Shown here: positions 23,013 through 31,758 of the stretch, piece after piece | Layout of the letters: each line of letters opens with the position of its first letter | Position numbering within the stretch: position 1 is the stretch's first letter | Virus record (IMG/VR): IMGVR_UViG_3300009610_000026 | Span: 1 to 39,777 of that record | DNA: 39,777 nt | Reading direction: 5' to 3' (one strand) | Source: a virus | Translations under genes and position numbers: made by a program | The notes under the pieces: model-generated | Seen by the model: the letters and a program-made list of their open reading frames with translations, nothing else | The model's database searches: none | Told to the model about the DNA's origin: nothing

Positions 23013-25148
23013 GTGTCTTTATATTTACCACCTTGGAATGGATCTATAGAACCCAACCAGGGGAATGTGAGGCAGTGGCTTGATAATTTGTATAGCAAGT
23101 TTCAACCAGTCGAACAGTCGCGTTGGAACCAAAGTAACATCGACACTCTCTTCTACGCTGGATCACAAACCTTCGTAAATCGATACTTTAACTTTAGTCC
23201 AACGACTTCTTATCAACAATACTACTTCAACCTAGTCCAACAACCAGTAAACATGTTGACTGGCTATCAAAGACAACACCGGAAGAGCATAAACTTTGTT
23301 CCTACGGAAGGCGCAGATCCAATGACAACGGATCAGTATACTCGACTTATGACACATGTTTGCCAAAAAGAAGGCATAAACGAAGTTTTCTCTAAGTCTT
23401 GTGAGCTTTCAGCAATTGCTGGCATGAACTTACTGCAGCCCTATCTAGACTATACTGGAGATGACCCTGCACAGGGACAGTTAAAGTTGAAAGTTTGGGA
23501 ATATAACTCATTCCTTGTAGACCCCTATTTCCGTAATCCCGATATGTCAGATGCTCAATTCGTCTGGTGTCAGGAATATATTAGCAAACAGGAAGCAGAA
23601 AGCCGTTTTCCAGATAAAGTTACTACTGTTAAGCCTATGTCAGGGACTCCACAACGATATGGTAACTTCTACTTCTTACCTGAAAACTATAACATGGCTC
23701 GTAATGATCTCATGGTCCTTTCCTATGTTTGGTATAAATGGAAAAAGAAGAAGAAACGACTCTATAGCCGTAAGAGAAACCAATTCTTTGATTTTGCTGG
23801 TGGTGATGGTCAGTTAGAACAAATCCTCTACCATATTGACGATATGGAAGTAGTGATGGTAGAAAGTCCTTGCTGGAAACTTGCTACTATCTTAAACGAT
23901 CAACTTATGTATCAAGGTGATAATCCACTATGGGATGGTCCAGAATGCCCATTTGTGCCTAATTATTGGAACTATGACCCTCACATAAATCACTTTGATT
24001 TACGCGTTAGATCTCTTGTCAGAACAATGAGAGACCCACAATTTCTCTTTAATTATAAAGTAATCACTAACAATGATATAGCTGCAGCTACCATCAATGC
24101 TGGATGGAAACGTAAAGTTGGTGCTGTTGCTAATGAAGATAATCTTAAGAAGGCTGGACAAGGCTGGGATGTTTTGATTAATGAAGGTTATGAGATGACC
24201 GATGTGGAAAAAATCATTCCTTCAGCTGTACCAGAATCAGATTTAGCTTTAGCGCAACAAATGGCAGACCTCATTTACAATACCTCAGGGATCAATCTTG
24301 AAAATTGGTCTGGTCAAAATGATAAGCAGACATCAAGCCTCACAGTATTGCTTAAACAGGCTGCCAACCTAATGGTTTTCCAAAAGTACTTTGATCAGTG
24401 GGATCATGCGCTTAAGCTTGTTGGCGAAAGAATGCTTCAAATTGCTTTAAATAACTGGAATGCTGAAAAAGTAGGCCTACTTATAGGCGAAGATCCTTCA
24501 CCTCATTTCTATAGCAAAGTATTTGCAAAGTACCAAGTTGTCGTGGAAGAAGGAATATTAACACCAACACAGAAAAACTTCCAAGCTCAGCAAATGCTTG
24601 AGATCAATGAACGGTTCGGTAGAGAAGTATTGCCCGCTTCAATGATCATTAAAGATATGAATATTCAAGGAAAAGCTGAGATTATGGCTTACTTACAACA
24701 ACAAGAGCAACAACAAGCGGCTATCCAAGCAGAAGCCACAAATATTCAACATGCCTTTGAGTCGGCTAAACTACAAGAAATGATGTCTAAAGCGACAAGC
24801 AACTTGGCAACAGCTAGAGAAAGACACGGACGAGCTGAGGCCGATATCGGTCTATTTGAAGAGCGCTTAAGTGAAATTACACGCAATCGAGCTCTTGCTA
24901 CAAAAGATAAGATGGCAGCATTAGCTCAACTCGTTGAAACTATCCAGAAATTTGGTGAAGTAGAGACTTTTCTTAAAGCTAACCAACTAGAATCAGTCGA
25001 GAATAATCAGATTGAAGAAGAAAATGTAGAAAAGGCGCATGCCAGAGCAACTGCTGAATCAAGCAAATTTGTACAACAGATTATGCAGGGATCAGGAATG
25101 AATCAACAACCACAACCACAGATGGCTCAACAAGAAGCTAGTTTTTAG
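23013..25148 (+). CDS. Portal protein
   Basis: 711 aa, directly after TerL. The long C-terminal Gln/Ala-rich coiled coil is reminiscent of the P22 portal barrel. GTG is the first possible start after the in-frame stop. Confidence 0.75.
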   Translation: MSLYLPPWNGSIEPNQGNVRQWLDNLYSKFQPVEQSRWNQSNIDTLFYAGSQTFVNRYFNFSPTTSYQQYYFNLVQQPVNMLTGYQRQHRKSINFVPTEGADPMTTDQYTRLMTHVCQKEGINEVFSKSCELSAIAGMNLLQPYLDYTGDDPAQGQLKLKVWEYNSFLVDPYFRNPDMSDAQFVWCQEYISKQEAESRFPDKVTTVKPMSGTPQRYGNFYFLPENYNMARNDLMVLSYVWYKWKKKKKRLYSRKRNQFFDFAGGDGQLEQILYHIDDMEVVMVESPCWKLATILNDQLMYQGDNPLWDGPECPFVPNYWNYDPHINHFDLRVRSLVRTMRDPQFLFNYKVITNNDIAAATINAGWKRKVGAVANEDNLKKAGQGWDVLINEGYEMTDVEKIIPSAVPESDLALAQQMADLIYNTSGINLENWSGQNDKQTSSLTVLLKQAANLMVFQKYFDQWDHALKLVGERMLQIALNNWNAEKVGLLIGEDPSPHFYSKVFAKYQVVVEEGILTPTQKNFQAQQMLEINERFGREVLPASMIIKDMNIQGKAEIMAYLQQQEQQQAAIQAEATNIQHAFESAKLQEMMSKATSNLATARERHGRAEADIGLFEERLSEITRNRALATKDKMAALAQLVETIQKFGEVETFLKANQLESVENNQIEEENVEKAHARATAESSKFVQQIMQGSGMNQQPQPQMAQQEASF

Positions 25149-25220
25149 TTGCGAAGGAATTTCTCATAGTTATAATGCAAATTTAACAACACGAGCTTAA
25201 AAAGCTCAATAGAGGTAATT

Positions 25221-25475
25221 ATGGTAGATAGTCAAAAGATGGGTAAAGCATCGTCAGGCGGACAGCGCATCGATGATCATTCATTCTGGGCAGGCGCTAA
25301 AGGGAAAGACTCAGTATTTCCTGATGGTCCTCATAAAACTAAAGCTGAATCTAGCGCAGAAGGTGCTGGAAGCCTTACAAAATATGATGACACGACAGAA
25401 AGAGTTAAATCAATGCAAGTAAAAAATACAAGCATGGCTAAGTCACGTCCTCTAAAAGATACTTTTAGAAATTAA
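25221..25475 (+). CDS. Small low-complexity protein
   Basis: 84 aa, Gly/Ser/Lys-rich, with AGAGG before the ATG. Confidence 0.45.
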   Translation: MVDSQKMGKASSGGQRIDDHSFWAGAKGKDSVFPDGPHKTKAESSAEGAGSLTKYDDTTERVKSMQVKNTSMAKSRPLKDTFRN

Positions 25476-25519
25476 TTCTGGGATAGCGTTTCGGCGCTAT
25501 ACCCTATTTACGAGGAAAT

Positions 25520-25846
25520 ATGAAAAGTACTAAGACCGTGCAGAGTTATAAAAATACTGCTGCCGAGACGAATAGAACTACGCTTAAAAATACTAAATCA
25601 GGATTTCCTGATCCTGCTCGTATAAAGGATCAAAATCCAAAGGATAAACCCAAAGATGGGTTGAATACACCTTGGGATTTTAGATGTCCTCAATACGATC
25701 AGCGTTCAAGCAACTTTGTCAATGCTGGCACGCATTATGGTGTAGGCCATAGACAACCTGTAGGGCATAAAGGTAACCCTAAAGATGAAGTAGATGTTCT
25801 ACCATGTGAAAGAAAGAATACATTGCAAAACGATGATTTAGGCTAA
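25520..25846 (+). CDS. Small low-complexity basic protein with YGxGxxxPVG motif
   Basis: 108 aa, containing GTHYGVGHRQPVGHKGNPK. Confidence 0.45.
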   Translation: MKSTKTVQSYKNTAAETNRTTLKNTKSGFPDPARIKDQNPKDKPKDGLNTPWDFRCPQYDQRSSNFVNAGTHYGVGHRQPVGHKGNPKDEVDVLPCERKNTLQNDDLG

Positions 25847-26017
25847 ATGAAACCTCTTAAGAAAACTCGAGAAGCGCATGCTATGAATACAAAATATGGC
25901 ATGGGAGATTTCTATGGTCAAGGAGTTAAAAATCCTGTAGCCAAAATTAGAGAAAGTTTTATGGCTCCTAATACAACGGGTAAAAAGCTTAAGAAGCCTC
26001 CAAAATCTCTGGCTTAA
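25847..26017 (+). CDS. 56-aa basic peptide with a related FYGxGxxxPVA motif
   Basis: The ATG abuts the previous TAA. Sequence MKPLKKTREAHAMNTKYGMGDFYGQGVKNPVAKIRESFMAPNTTGKKLKKPPKSLA. Below the track cutoff. Confidence 0.4.
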   Translation: MKPLKKTREAHAMNTKYGMGDFYGQGVKNPVAKIRESFMAPNTTGKKLKKPPKSLA

Positions 26018-26510
26018 AGACTTTTCTTGCTGCAATGTTTTCTTCCATTTCTCTTGCTATATCAAGCAAAATTCTCTTACATTTTTCATCTGATAAGTCA
26101 TCCGCAAATGGCAAACCAAGTTCCTCACGGTTGTTGTGATATTGGTAGATACTCCAAGAAACATCATTACTATCTACTACATTTCCCTTTTTATATTGCC
26201 CCCATGTTTCTTGTGGAGGAAGTACCCAGCAAACTTCCATATTGTCTGTTTTTGAAATAGCTCTAAAAAGAAATGAATTTGGTTCAGGTTTTGGCTTTGT
26301 TAGACGAGGTTCCCATAACAATCTTTTATCTATTCCATTGTCATGCGTTCGCGCATGTCCATAAATATAAATATAAGGAGATCTTTCTTGATAAGCCAAT
26401 GAAAGTGGATTTTTTCTAAGACAATCTTCGGCTCCTTGTTGAACAGCATCAGATTGGTCTTTGATGAGATGTAAAAGCCGATCATGGGTTTCTAATCTAT
26501 TTAATTTCAT
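25989..26510 (-). CDS. Hypothetical protein, reverse-oriented inside the head module
   Basis: 173-aa ORF with normal amino-acid composition. It is the only minus-strand gene between the portal and scaffold genes. Confidence 0.55.
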   Translation of the reverse strand: MKLNRLETHDRLLHLIKDQSDAVQQGAEDCLRKNPLSLAYQERSPYIYIYGHARTHDNGIDKRLLWEPRLTKPKPEPNSFLFRAISKTDNMEVCWVLPPQETWGQYKKGNVVDSNDVSWSIYQYHNNREELGLPFADDLSDEKCKRILLDIAREMEENIAARKVFKPEILEAS

Positions 26511-26589
26511 CTATTGCCTTAAATTATCTGTTTACATTAAATGACGGTAAATCCTAACCGCCACCCTGCGTCACGGGTTAAAGGACAAT

Positions 26590-27240
26590 ATGACCGCACA
26601 GACACAAGAAAGTCAACCCCAAGAAATAAAACCAAACGACAAAGAGCTTAACTTTCGTGCTCTTGAAGCCAAGTATCAAAGAGAATTAGCCAATGAAAGA
26701 GCAGCTCGCGAGCAAGTCGAAAGAGAATTAGCCTCTAGAAGTCAAGCCGCTTTACATGAAGATGAAGATGATGACGAACCTTATGTCGATAAAAAGAAGC
26801 TAGAAAAGAAACTAGCCAGATTTGGCGAAACCACTATGAAACAAACCCAATCCGAGATTCAAAGTGCGGTTCATGCTGCATTAAGAGAGGAGAGGAAACA
26901 AAACTGGATCAAATCAAACCCAGATTTTTATGAGGTACTTCAACATGCTGATAAATTTGCTCAAAAAGATCCGGAATTGGCTGAGTCAATCCTGGAGATG
27001 CCCGAAGGTTTCGAGCGACAAAAGCTTGTGTACAAAAATATCAAGGCGCTCGGTATCCATAAGCCCGAAATCAAAACCCCAGGCATTCAGGAAAAGATCG
27101 ACGCGAACCGTAAAGGACCCTACTATCAACCAACAGGAGTAGGTTCTGCTCCATATGCGTCTCAAGGTGATTTTAGTGCTAGTGGACAAAAGCAAGCTTT
27201 TGAGAAAATGCAGGAGTTAAAAAATAGATTGAGGATTTAA
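26590..27240 (+). CDS. Scaffolding protein (probable)
   Basis: 216 aa, highly charged and helical (ELNFRALEAKYQRELANERAAREQVERELA). Positioned between the portal and capsid genes. Confidence 0.55.
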   Translation: MTAQTQESQPQEIKPNDKELNFRALEAKYQRELANERAAREQVERELASRSQAALHEDEDDDEPYVDKKKLEKKLARFGETTMKQTQSEIQSAVHAALREERKQNWIKSNPDFYEVLQHADKFAQKDPELAESILEMPEGFERQKLVYKNIKALGIHKPEIKTPGIQEKIDANRKGPYYQPTGVGSAPYASQGDFSASGQKQAFEKMQELKNRLRI

Positions 27241-27470
27241 TGAATACATGTGCCAAATGTAAAGATGAGTGTAAAGCTGGCTCTTTTTTTACTGAAGGTG
27301 GTCAAACTTATTGGTTTTGCTTACCTTGTTCAAATGTTCTTAATCAAATGCCAACTGGTAATGTTGAGGCTTTTCTAGGACCCAAGAAGAAAGAATCTTG
27401 GGTCGCTAAAAATATGAGAGAAGCCAAAGAACGAAGAGCAAGAGGAGAAAGTCTTTGGATTGATCAATAA
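27240..27470 (+). CDS. Small zinc-ribbon protein
   Basis: Contains CAKCKDEC...CLPC. Its start overlaps the scaffold stop. Confidence 0.45.
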   Translation: MNTCAKCKDECKAGSFFTEGGQTYWFCLPCSNVLNQMPTGNVEAFLGPKKKESWVAKNMREAKERRARGESLWIDQ

Positions 27471-27641
27471 CATTGAAGTAAATCAATTCATTTTGTTATA
27501 GATAAAATTTCGCCAGTCCTGTGTTATGGACAAATTCGCGTATGGGAAGTCGCACCCCGCTGGATATGATCGAGAATTGACGTAATTAGGCTCGTCTACC
27601 GATCGTCATGTCGTTTTTAGCATACACCTATAAAGGTTGTT

Positions 27642-28622
27642 ATGACGATTACTACTACCGGCAATTTGGGGCCGATGATCCTCCAGTCGCTTGCGCCTGC
27701 GATGCTCTATGTCCCTACGCCGACAATGAACTATATCACAGTCTGCGATAAAGTGTCAATGCCAGCTAATGGTGGCACCACATGCAGATTTATGCGCCCA
27801 CGCGCACTAACACCGCCCACTATTCAGTTGGGTAACTCAGGGATTGACCCTGCTGCACAAGTACCACAAAGAGACATCATCGATGCACAGATGGCGTTCT
27901 TCGGTACAGGTTGCATTATCAATGAACAAGTCATTCTCCAAGACCAAGAAGGCGTACTAGCCTGGGTTTCTGAAAGATTGGCTGTAGCAATGCGCCAAGC
28001 TGAAGATTTGATCCTAAGAGACTATATCGTTTCTGCGGCTTCACAAATCAATGCTGGTGGAGGGACTAATGGATTCAATCCAACGAACTTGGGTATGTCT
28101 GATTTCTCTCTTGTGGCTACTACTCTTGATACGAATAATGCTTACAAATTTATGAGCGGTATCGAAGGTATGGACCGTTTCGGCACAGGTCCTGTACGTT
28201 CAGCATATTTTATGTTGTCGTCTACAGAACTTCAATCCGACTTCGATGCTCTAGTTGGCTCTGGAATGTTAAACAACTGGAACTATCCTACCAATGCTTC
28301 TGCATTGCCTAGCGAATGGGGTTCAGCTTTTAACATCCGTATTTTGACCAGCTCGGAAGCTCCGGTCGCAAGAAACGCTGCTACAAATAATGCAGGCGTT
28401 ACAAGCGATGTTTACTACAATACAGTATTGGGTAAACAAGCGATCACGCATATCAATCAGGATGGATATTCCATGAATCTGATCTATCGCGATCCTTATT
28501 ATTCCGGCATGTTAGCACAAAACGCTACTCTTGCTGTCAAGTTTGCTCAAGCGCAAGCGATCACTCAAGATACAGCCATCAGAAACCTCTTAAGCACACG
28601 CTTAAGCAATTTGGGGGTGTAA
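27642..28622 (+). CDS. Major capsid protein (HK97-fold; N4-gp56-like by recollection)
   Basis: 326 aa in the position after the scaffold, with higher GC and a strong-expression context (AAAGG SD, downstream terminator). The composition is typical of capsid proteins. Confidence 0.7.
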   Translation: MTITTTGNLGPMILQSLAPAMLYVPTPTMNYITVCDKVSMPANGGTTCRFMRPRALTPPTIQLGNSGIDPAAQVPQRDIIDAQMAFFGTGCIINEQVILQDQEGVLAWVSERLAVAMRQAEDLILRDYIVSAASQINAGGGTNGFNPTNLGMSDFSLVATTLDTNNAYKFMSGIEGMDRFGTGPVRSAYFMLSSTELQSDFDALVGSGMLNNWNYPTNASALPSEWGSAFNIRILTSSEAPVARNAATNNAGVTSDVYYNTVLGKQAITHINQDGYSMNLIYRDPYYSGMLAQNATLAVKFAQAQAITQDTAIRNLLSTRLSNLGV

Positions 28623-28623
28623 C

Positions 28624-29772
28624 ATGAGCGAATATAATAAAATGGCAAAAGGAAAATTCATTTCAACTGGCGAAGCACAGATTATTAATCTGCCTTTCCA
28701 GCCTGATTATATTGAAATGATCAACTACACAGCTACTTTTACAGCACCTACAACACAAAAAGTTGTATCTGCAAAATGGGATAGCAATATGGGCCAAGGA
28801 TTTGCCGTAGAACAAGTTTACGACGCAACTCCTGACTTAGTAGTTGATGCAGTTATTGCTAGTGGTTTTAGCACATTTGCAGCAGGACAAATGCTTCAAT
28901 TTGGGCCAACTCTGGCTATTAGTGGTATCACTAAGGCAAGTGCTGGCGTGGTAACAACTACAACTAACCACAATTTAAAGAGTGGCGATGTAGTTATGTT
29001 TCAAGGTCTTTATCAGTCTTCAACCACTGGTATGCCTCAAATCGCAGGTATTCCTTTCACAGTGACTGTAACAGGTGCTACAACCTTTTCAATCCCTTGG
29101 AATACTAACCAGTCTAATTATACTGCTCTTTCAGGTTCTCCTTCAGGCGCTACAGTTAAAAAGGTTTTATACCCTTACATATACTTCCCTGGAGTAACTG
29201 TAATCAGTGCAATTACACTTGGTACGACCACAACAATTGACACAACGAGTGCTCATAACTTTGTCGTTGGACAAGAAGTGGCATTCCGTATCCCTGCCGG
29301 CTCAGGCTATAACTGGGGTACAACTGAATTGAATTCATTACCAAATACACTCGTTCCTGGTTCACCAGTTTATGGGTATGTCATCGCGGTCACGGATTAC
29401 AATACAGTTATTGTAAACATTGATTCGAGTGCCTTTACAGCCTTTAACAGCAACCCAACTGTTGCAAGCGTCCCTGGCCTAAATTGGGCACAGATTCTTG
29501 CTGTTGGTGATGTTAATACAGGTGGCGTGGCGATCTACAGTGGCTCTCCATTGTATCCTTCTCCACAGTTTGGACCTATAGGCACAACGCTTGTAAGTAC
29601 AATCAATGGCCCTGCTATCAAAGGTGCTTTTGTGAATAACACAAGCCAAGGCTTTATCATCGGTAATGGATCAGGGGTTAACCAGACTTCATCTGTTTTA
29701 GTTGGTACTGCTGAAGATGTCATTTACTGGAGAGCTATTCTCCATGATTTGAATCAACCTGCTATTCCTTAA
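28624..29772 (+). CDS. Capsid decoration / head-fibre-like protein with two copies of the recurrent ~70-aa module
   Basis: Starts 1 nt after the capsid stop and lies upstream of the terminator at 29783. Modules are at about 28915..29163 and 29191..29472. Confidence 0.45.
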   Translation: MSEYNKMAKGKFISTGEAQIINLPFQPDYIEMINYTATFTAPTTQKVVSAKWDSNMGQGFAVEQVYDATPDLVVDAVIASGFSTFAAGQMLQFGPTLAISGITKASAGVVTTTTNHNLKSGDVVMFQGLYQSSTTGMPQIAGIPFTVTVTGATTFSIPWNTNQSNYTALSGSPSGATVKKVLYPYIYFPGVTVISAITLGTTTTIDTTSAHNFVVGQEVAFRIPAGSGYNWGTTELNSLPNTLVPGSPVYGYVIAVTDYNTVIVNIDSSAFTAFNSNPTVASVPGLNWAQILAVGDVNTGGVAIYSGSPLYPSPQFGPIGTTLVSTINGPAIKGAFVNNTSQGFIIGNGSGVNQTSSVLVGTAEDVIYWRAILHDLNQPAIP

Positions 29773-29782
29773 TTGAATAATT

Positions 29783-29812
29783 GGCCGGGACTAAATATCC
29801 CGGCCTTTTTTT
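29783..29812 (+). terminator. Rho-independent terminator after the capsid/decoration genes
   Basis: GGCCGGGA-ctaaata-TCCCGGCC followed by TTTTTTT. Confidence 0.75.
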
Positions 29813-29820
29813 GGAGAAAT

Positions 29821-30477
29821 ATGGCTTCAACTGGAACAGTTTTAAGTTACCCAATACCTGCCTATCAGAATTTACCGATTCATGCTGATTTTTATCAGCC
29901 TAGTCGCTTTGTTATAACGGATATCACAAGAGGAAATACGACTACGATTACGACTAGCGTAGCTCACAATTATGTAATTGGTCAAAATATTCGTCTTATC
30001 ATTCCCGTAGATTATGGATCTTTTCAGCTTAACGAAACTCAAGGCTATGTCATTAGCATTCCTTCAACCACGCAAGTAATTGTTATGATCGATTCTACAA
30101 ATGTAGATGCGTTTATAACTAACCCTTATGTTTCTACAATAACAAATTCTACTCAAGCTGATCCTGTAGTACTAACGACAAATAACGTATTCCTGACAGG
30201 AGCATATATACGAATAACAGATGTAGGAGGCATGACTGAATTAAACGAAAACACTTATCAAATTCTCGCTGCCAATCCCATCTCTCTTACAATAAATGCA
30301 GATGGCGCTGTATTTAGTGCTTATACAGGTGGTGGGACTGCCACTTTAACCAACCATCAAAATACACAACCTCAAATATTAGCTATTGGCGATTGCAATG
30401 GCGGACAAATTAATAGTTCTGGTAGAAGTCAAAATATTACCTATGTAGAGGGTAGTTTTATAAATGTTTCGCCATAA
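29821..30477 (+). CDS. Virion protein made of two copies of the recurrent module
   Basis: I prefer the ATG at 29821 (GGAGAAAT upstream) over the TTG at 29773, which would place the terminator hairpin inside the gene. Confidence 0.55.
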   Translation: MASTGTVLSYPIPAYQNLPIHADFYQPSRFVITDITRGNTTTITTSVAHNYVIGQNIRLIIPVDYGSFQLNETQGYVISIPSTTQVIVMIDSTNVDAFITNPYVSTITNSTQADPVVLTTNNVFLTGAYIRITDVGGMTELNENTYQILAANPISLTINADGAVFSAYTGGGTATLTNHQNTQPQILAIGDCNGGQINSSGRSQNITYVEGSFINVSP

Positions 30478-30486
30478 AGGAATATC

Positions 30487-31080
30487 ATGACAGACAAACC
30501 AAAAGTAACGAACTCTCTCGCTGAAAAAGAACTTGATAAAGCTCAAGCGCAGTTCGATGCATTTGACAAAAACGTTAAAGAAATGACTTTAGATCGCATG
30601 AACCATGCGCCTAAGCCAGAGACAGAGCCCCAAACTAAATTAGCTAGCTCTGAAATCTCTAAAATGAAAGACACCTATTTGAAACCAGAGAAAACCATTT
30701 CATGTGGCGCTAAAGACAGATTCAACGAAGATTATCGCTCACAATATAATTTTGACAAAGAATACGTGCAATTTATCGCAGAAAACAAAGAAATCATAGG
30801 CGAAACGATCGAGTTATGGACACGTCCTTACGGTGGAATGCCAGCTGAATTCTGGAGAGTTCCTTGTAACAAGCCTGTATGGGGTCCAAGATATCTAGCC
30901 GAGCAAATTAAAAAATGCTCTTATCATCGTTTGATTATGCAACAAAATGTCGTTACTTCTGTTGATACTGTTGGTCAAATGTATGGTGCACTTGCTGTAG
31001 ATACGACAATTCAACGTCTGGATGCTAGGCCTGTAAGCAATAAAAAATCTATCTTTATGGGGGCTAATAGCTTCGCATGA
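30487..31080 (+). CDS. Hypothetical virion-module protein
   Basis: 197-aa ORF with an AAGGA SD. Confidence 0.5.
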   Translation: MTDKPKVTNSLAEKELDKAQAQFDAFDKNVKEMTLDRMNHAPKPETEPQTKLASSEISKMKDTYLKPEKTISCGAKDRFNEDYRSQYNFDKEYVQFIAENKEIIGETIELWTRPYGGMPAEFWRVPCNKPVWGPRYLAEQIKKCSYHRLIMQQNVVTSVDTVGQMYGALAVDTTIQRLDARPVSNKKSIFMGANSFA

Positions 31081-31119
31081 TTGATGAATTTGCTTTATGA
31101 TGTTACAATATCTTCCTAA

Positions 31120-31731
31120 ATGGAGGATATTGTGCAATTATGCAAGAAGTGCGGACTACATAAAGATTTTGAATGTTTTGGGTTAGATAAACAGAAAACT
31201 GATGGATTGAATAGTTACTGTAAAGAATGTATACGGAAAAGAAGTGATCAACAAAGGAAAAATGATCCTAAGTATGTGATGAATTATGCTAAAGCATATA
31301 GAGAACAAAACACAGAAAAACTTAGAAAAAAGGCAAAGCTTACATTTTGGCGAGATAGAGAAAAACGTTTAAGACAGGGTAGAGAGTCATATTATAGGCA
31401 CAAAGAAGAAATAGCCCTTAGCAGAAAAATAACTCGAGAAACAATTGAGGGTCGAGAAAAAGAAAGATTAAGACAAGCTGAATGGCGAAGAAAGAAGCCG
31501 GAAAAATTCAGAAAAGCAGTAAAGAAGTGGCAACAGACCTACAAAGAAAGACACAATGCTCACCAAAGAGTTCATAGAGCAATAGAAGAAGGAATTTTAG
31601 TCAGAAATGAAAAATGCGAAGAGTGCGACAAAAAATGCAAAACAGAAGGACATCACAAAAACTATAGTGAACCACTTATTGTCAATTGGCTATGTAGAAG
31701 ATGTCACGCAAGTAAACATTCCAAGTTATAG
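31120..31731 (+). CDS. HNH endonuclease, free-standing inside the structural module
   Basis: The C-terminus CEECDKKCKTEGHHKNYSEPLIVNWLCRRCHASKH has the HH..Y..PL.V.WLC..CH..H pattern. There is an N-terminal CKKCG...CKEC zinc knuckle and an Arg/Lys-rich middle. Confidence 0.75.
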   Translation: MEDIVQLCKKCGLHKDFECFGLDKQKTDGLNSYCKECIRKRSDQQRKNDPKYVMNYAKAYREQNTEKLRKKAKLTFWRDREKRLRQGRESYYRHKEEIALSRKITRETIEGREKERLRQAEWRRKKPEKFRKAVKKWQQTYKERHNAHQRVHRAIEEGILVRNEKCEECDKKCKTEGHHKNYSEPLIVNWLCRRCHASKHSKL

Positions 31732-31758
31732 AGGTGGGTTATCAATTTATTATCAGAT

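Noticed and set aside
27471-27641. GC-richer 170-bp gap upstream of the major capsid gene, considered as a tRNA or structured RNA
   Set aside because: I could not find a cloverleaf, a T-loop consensus or a convincing stable hairpin. It is probably a late promoter or leader region, but I cannot support a specific call.
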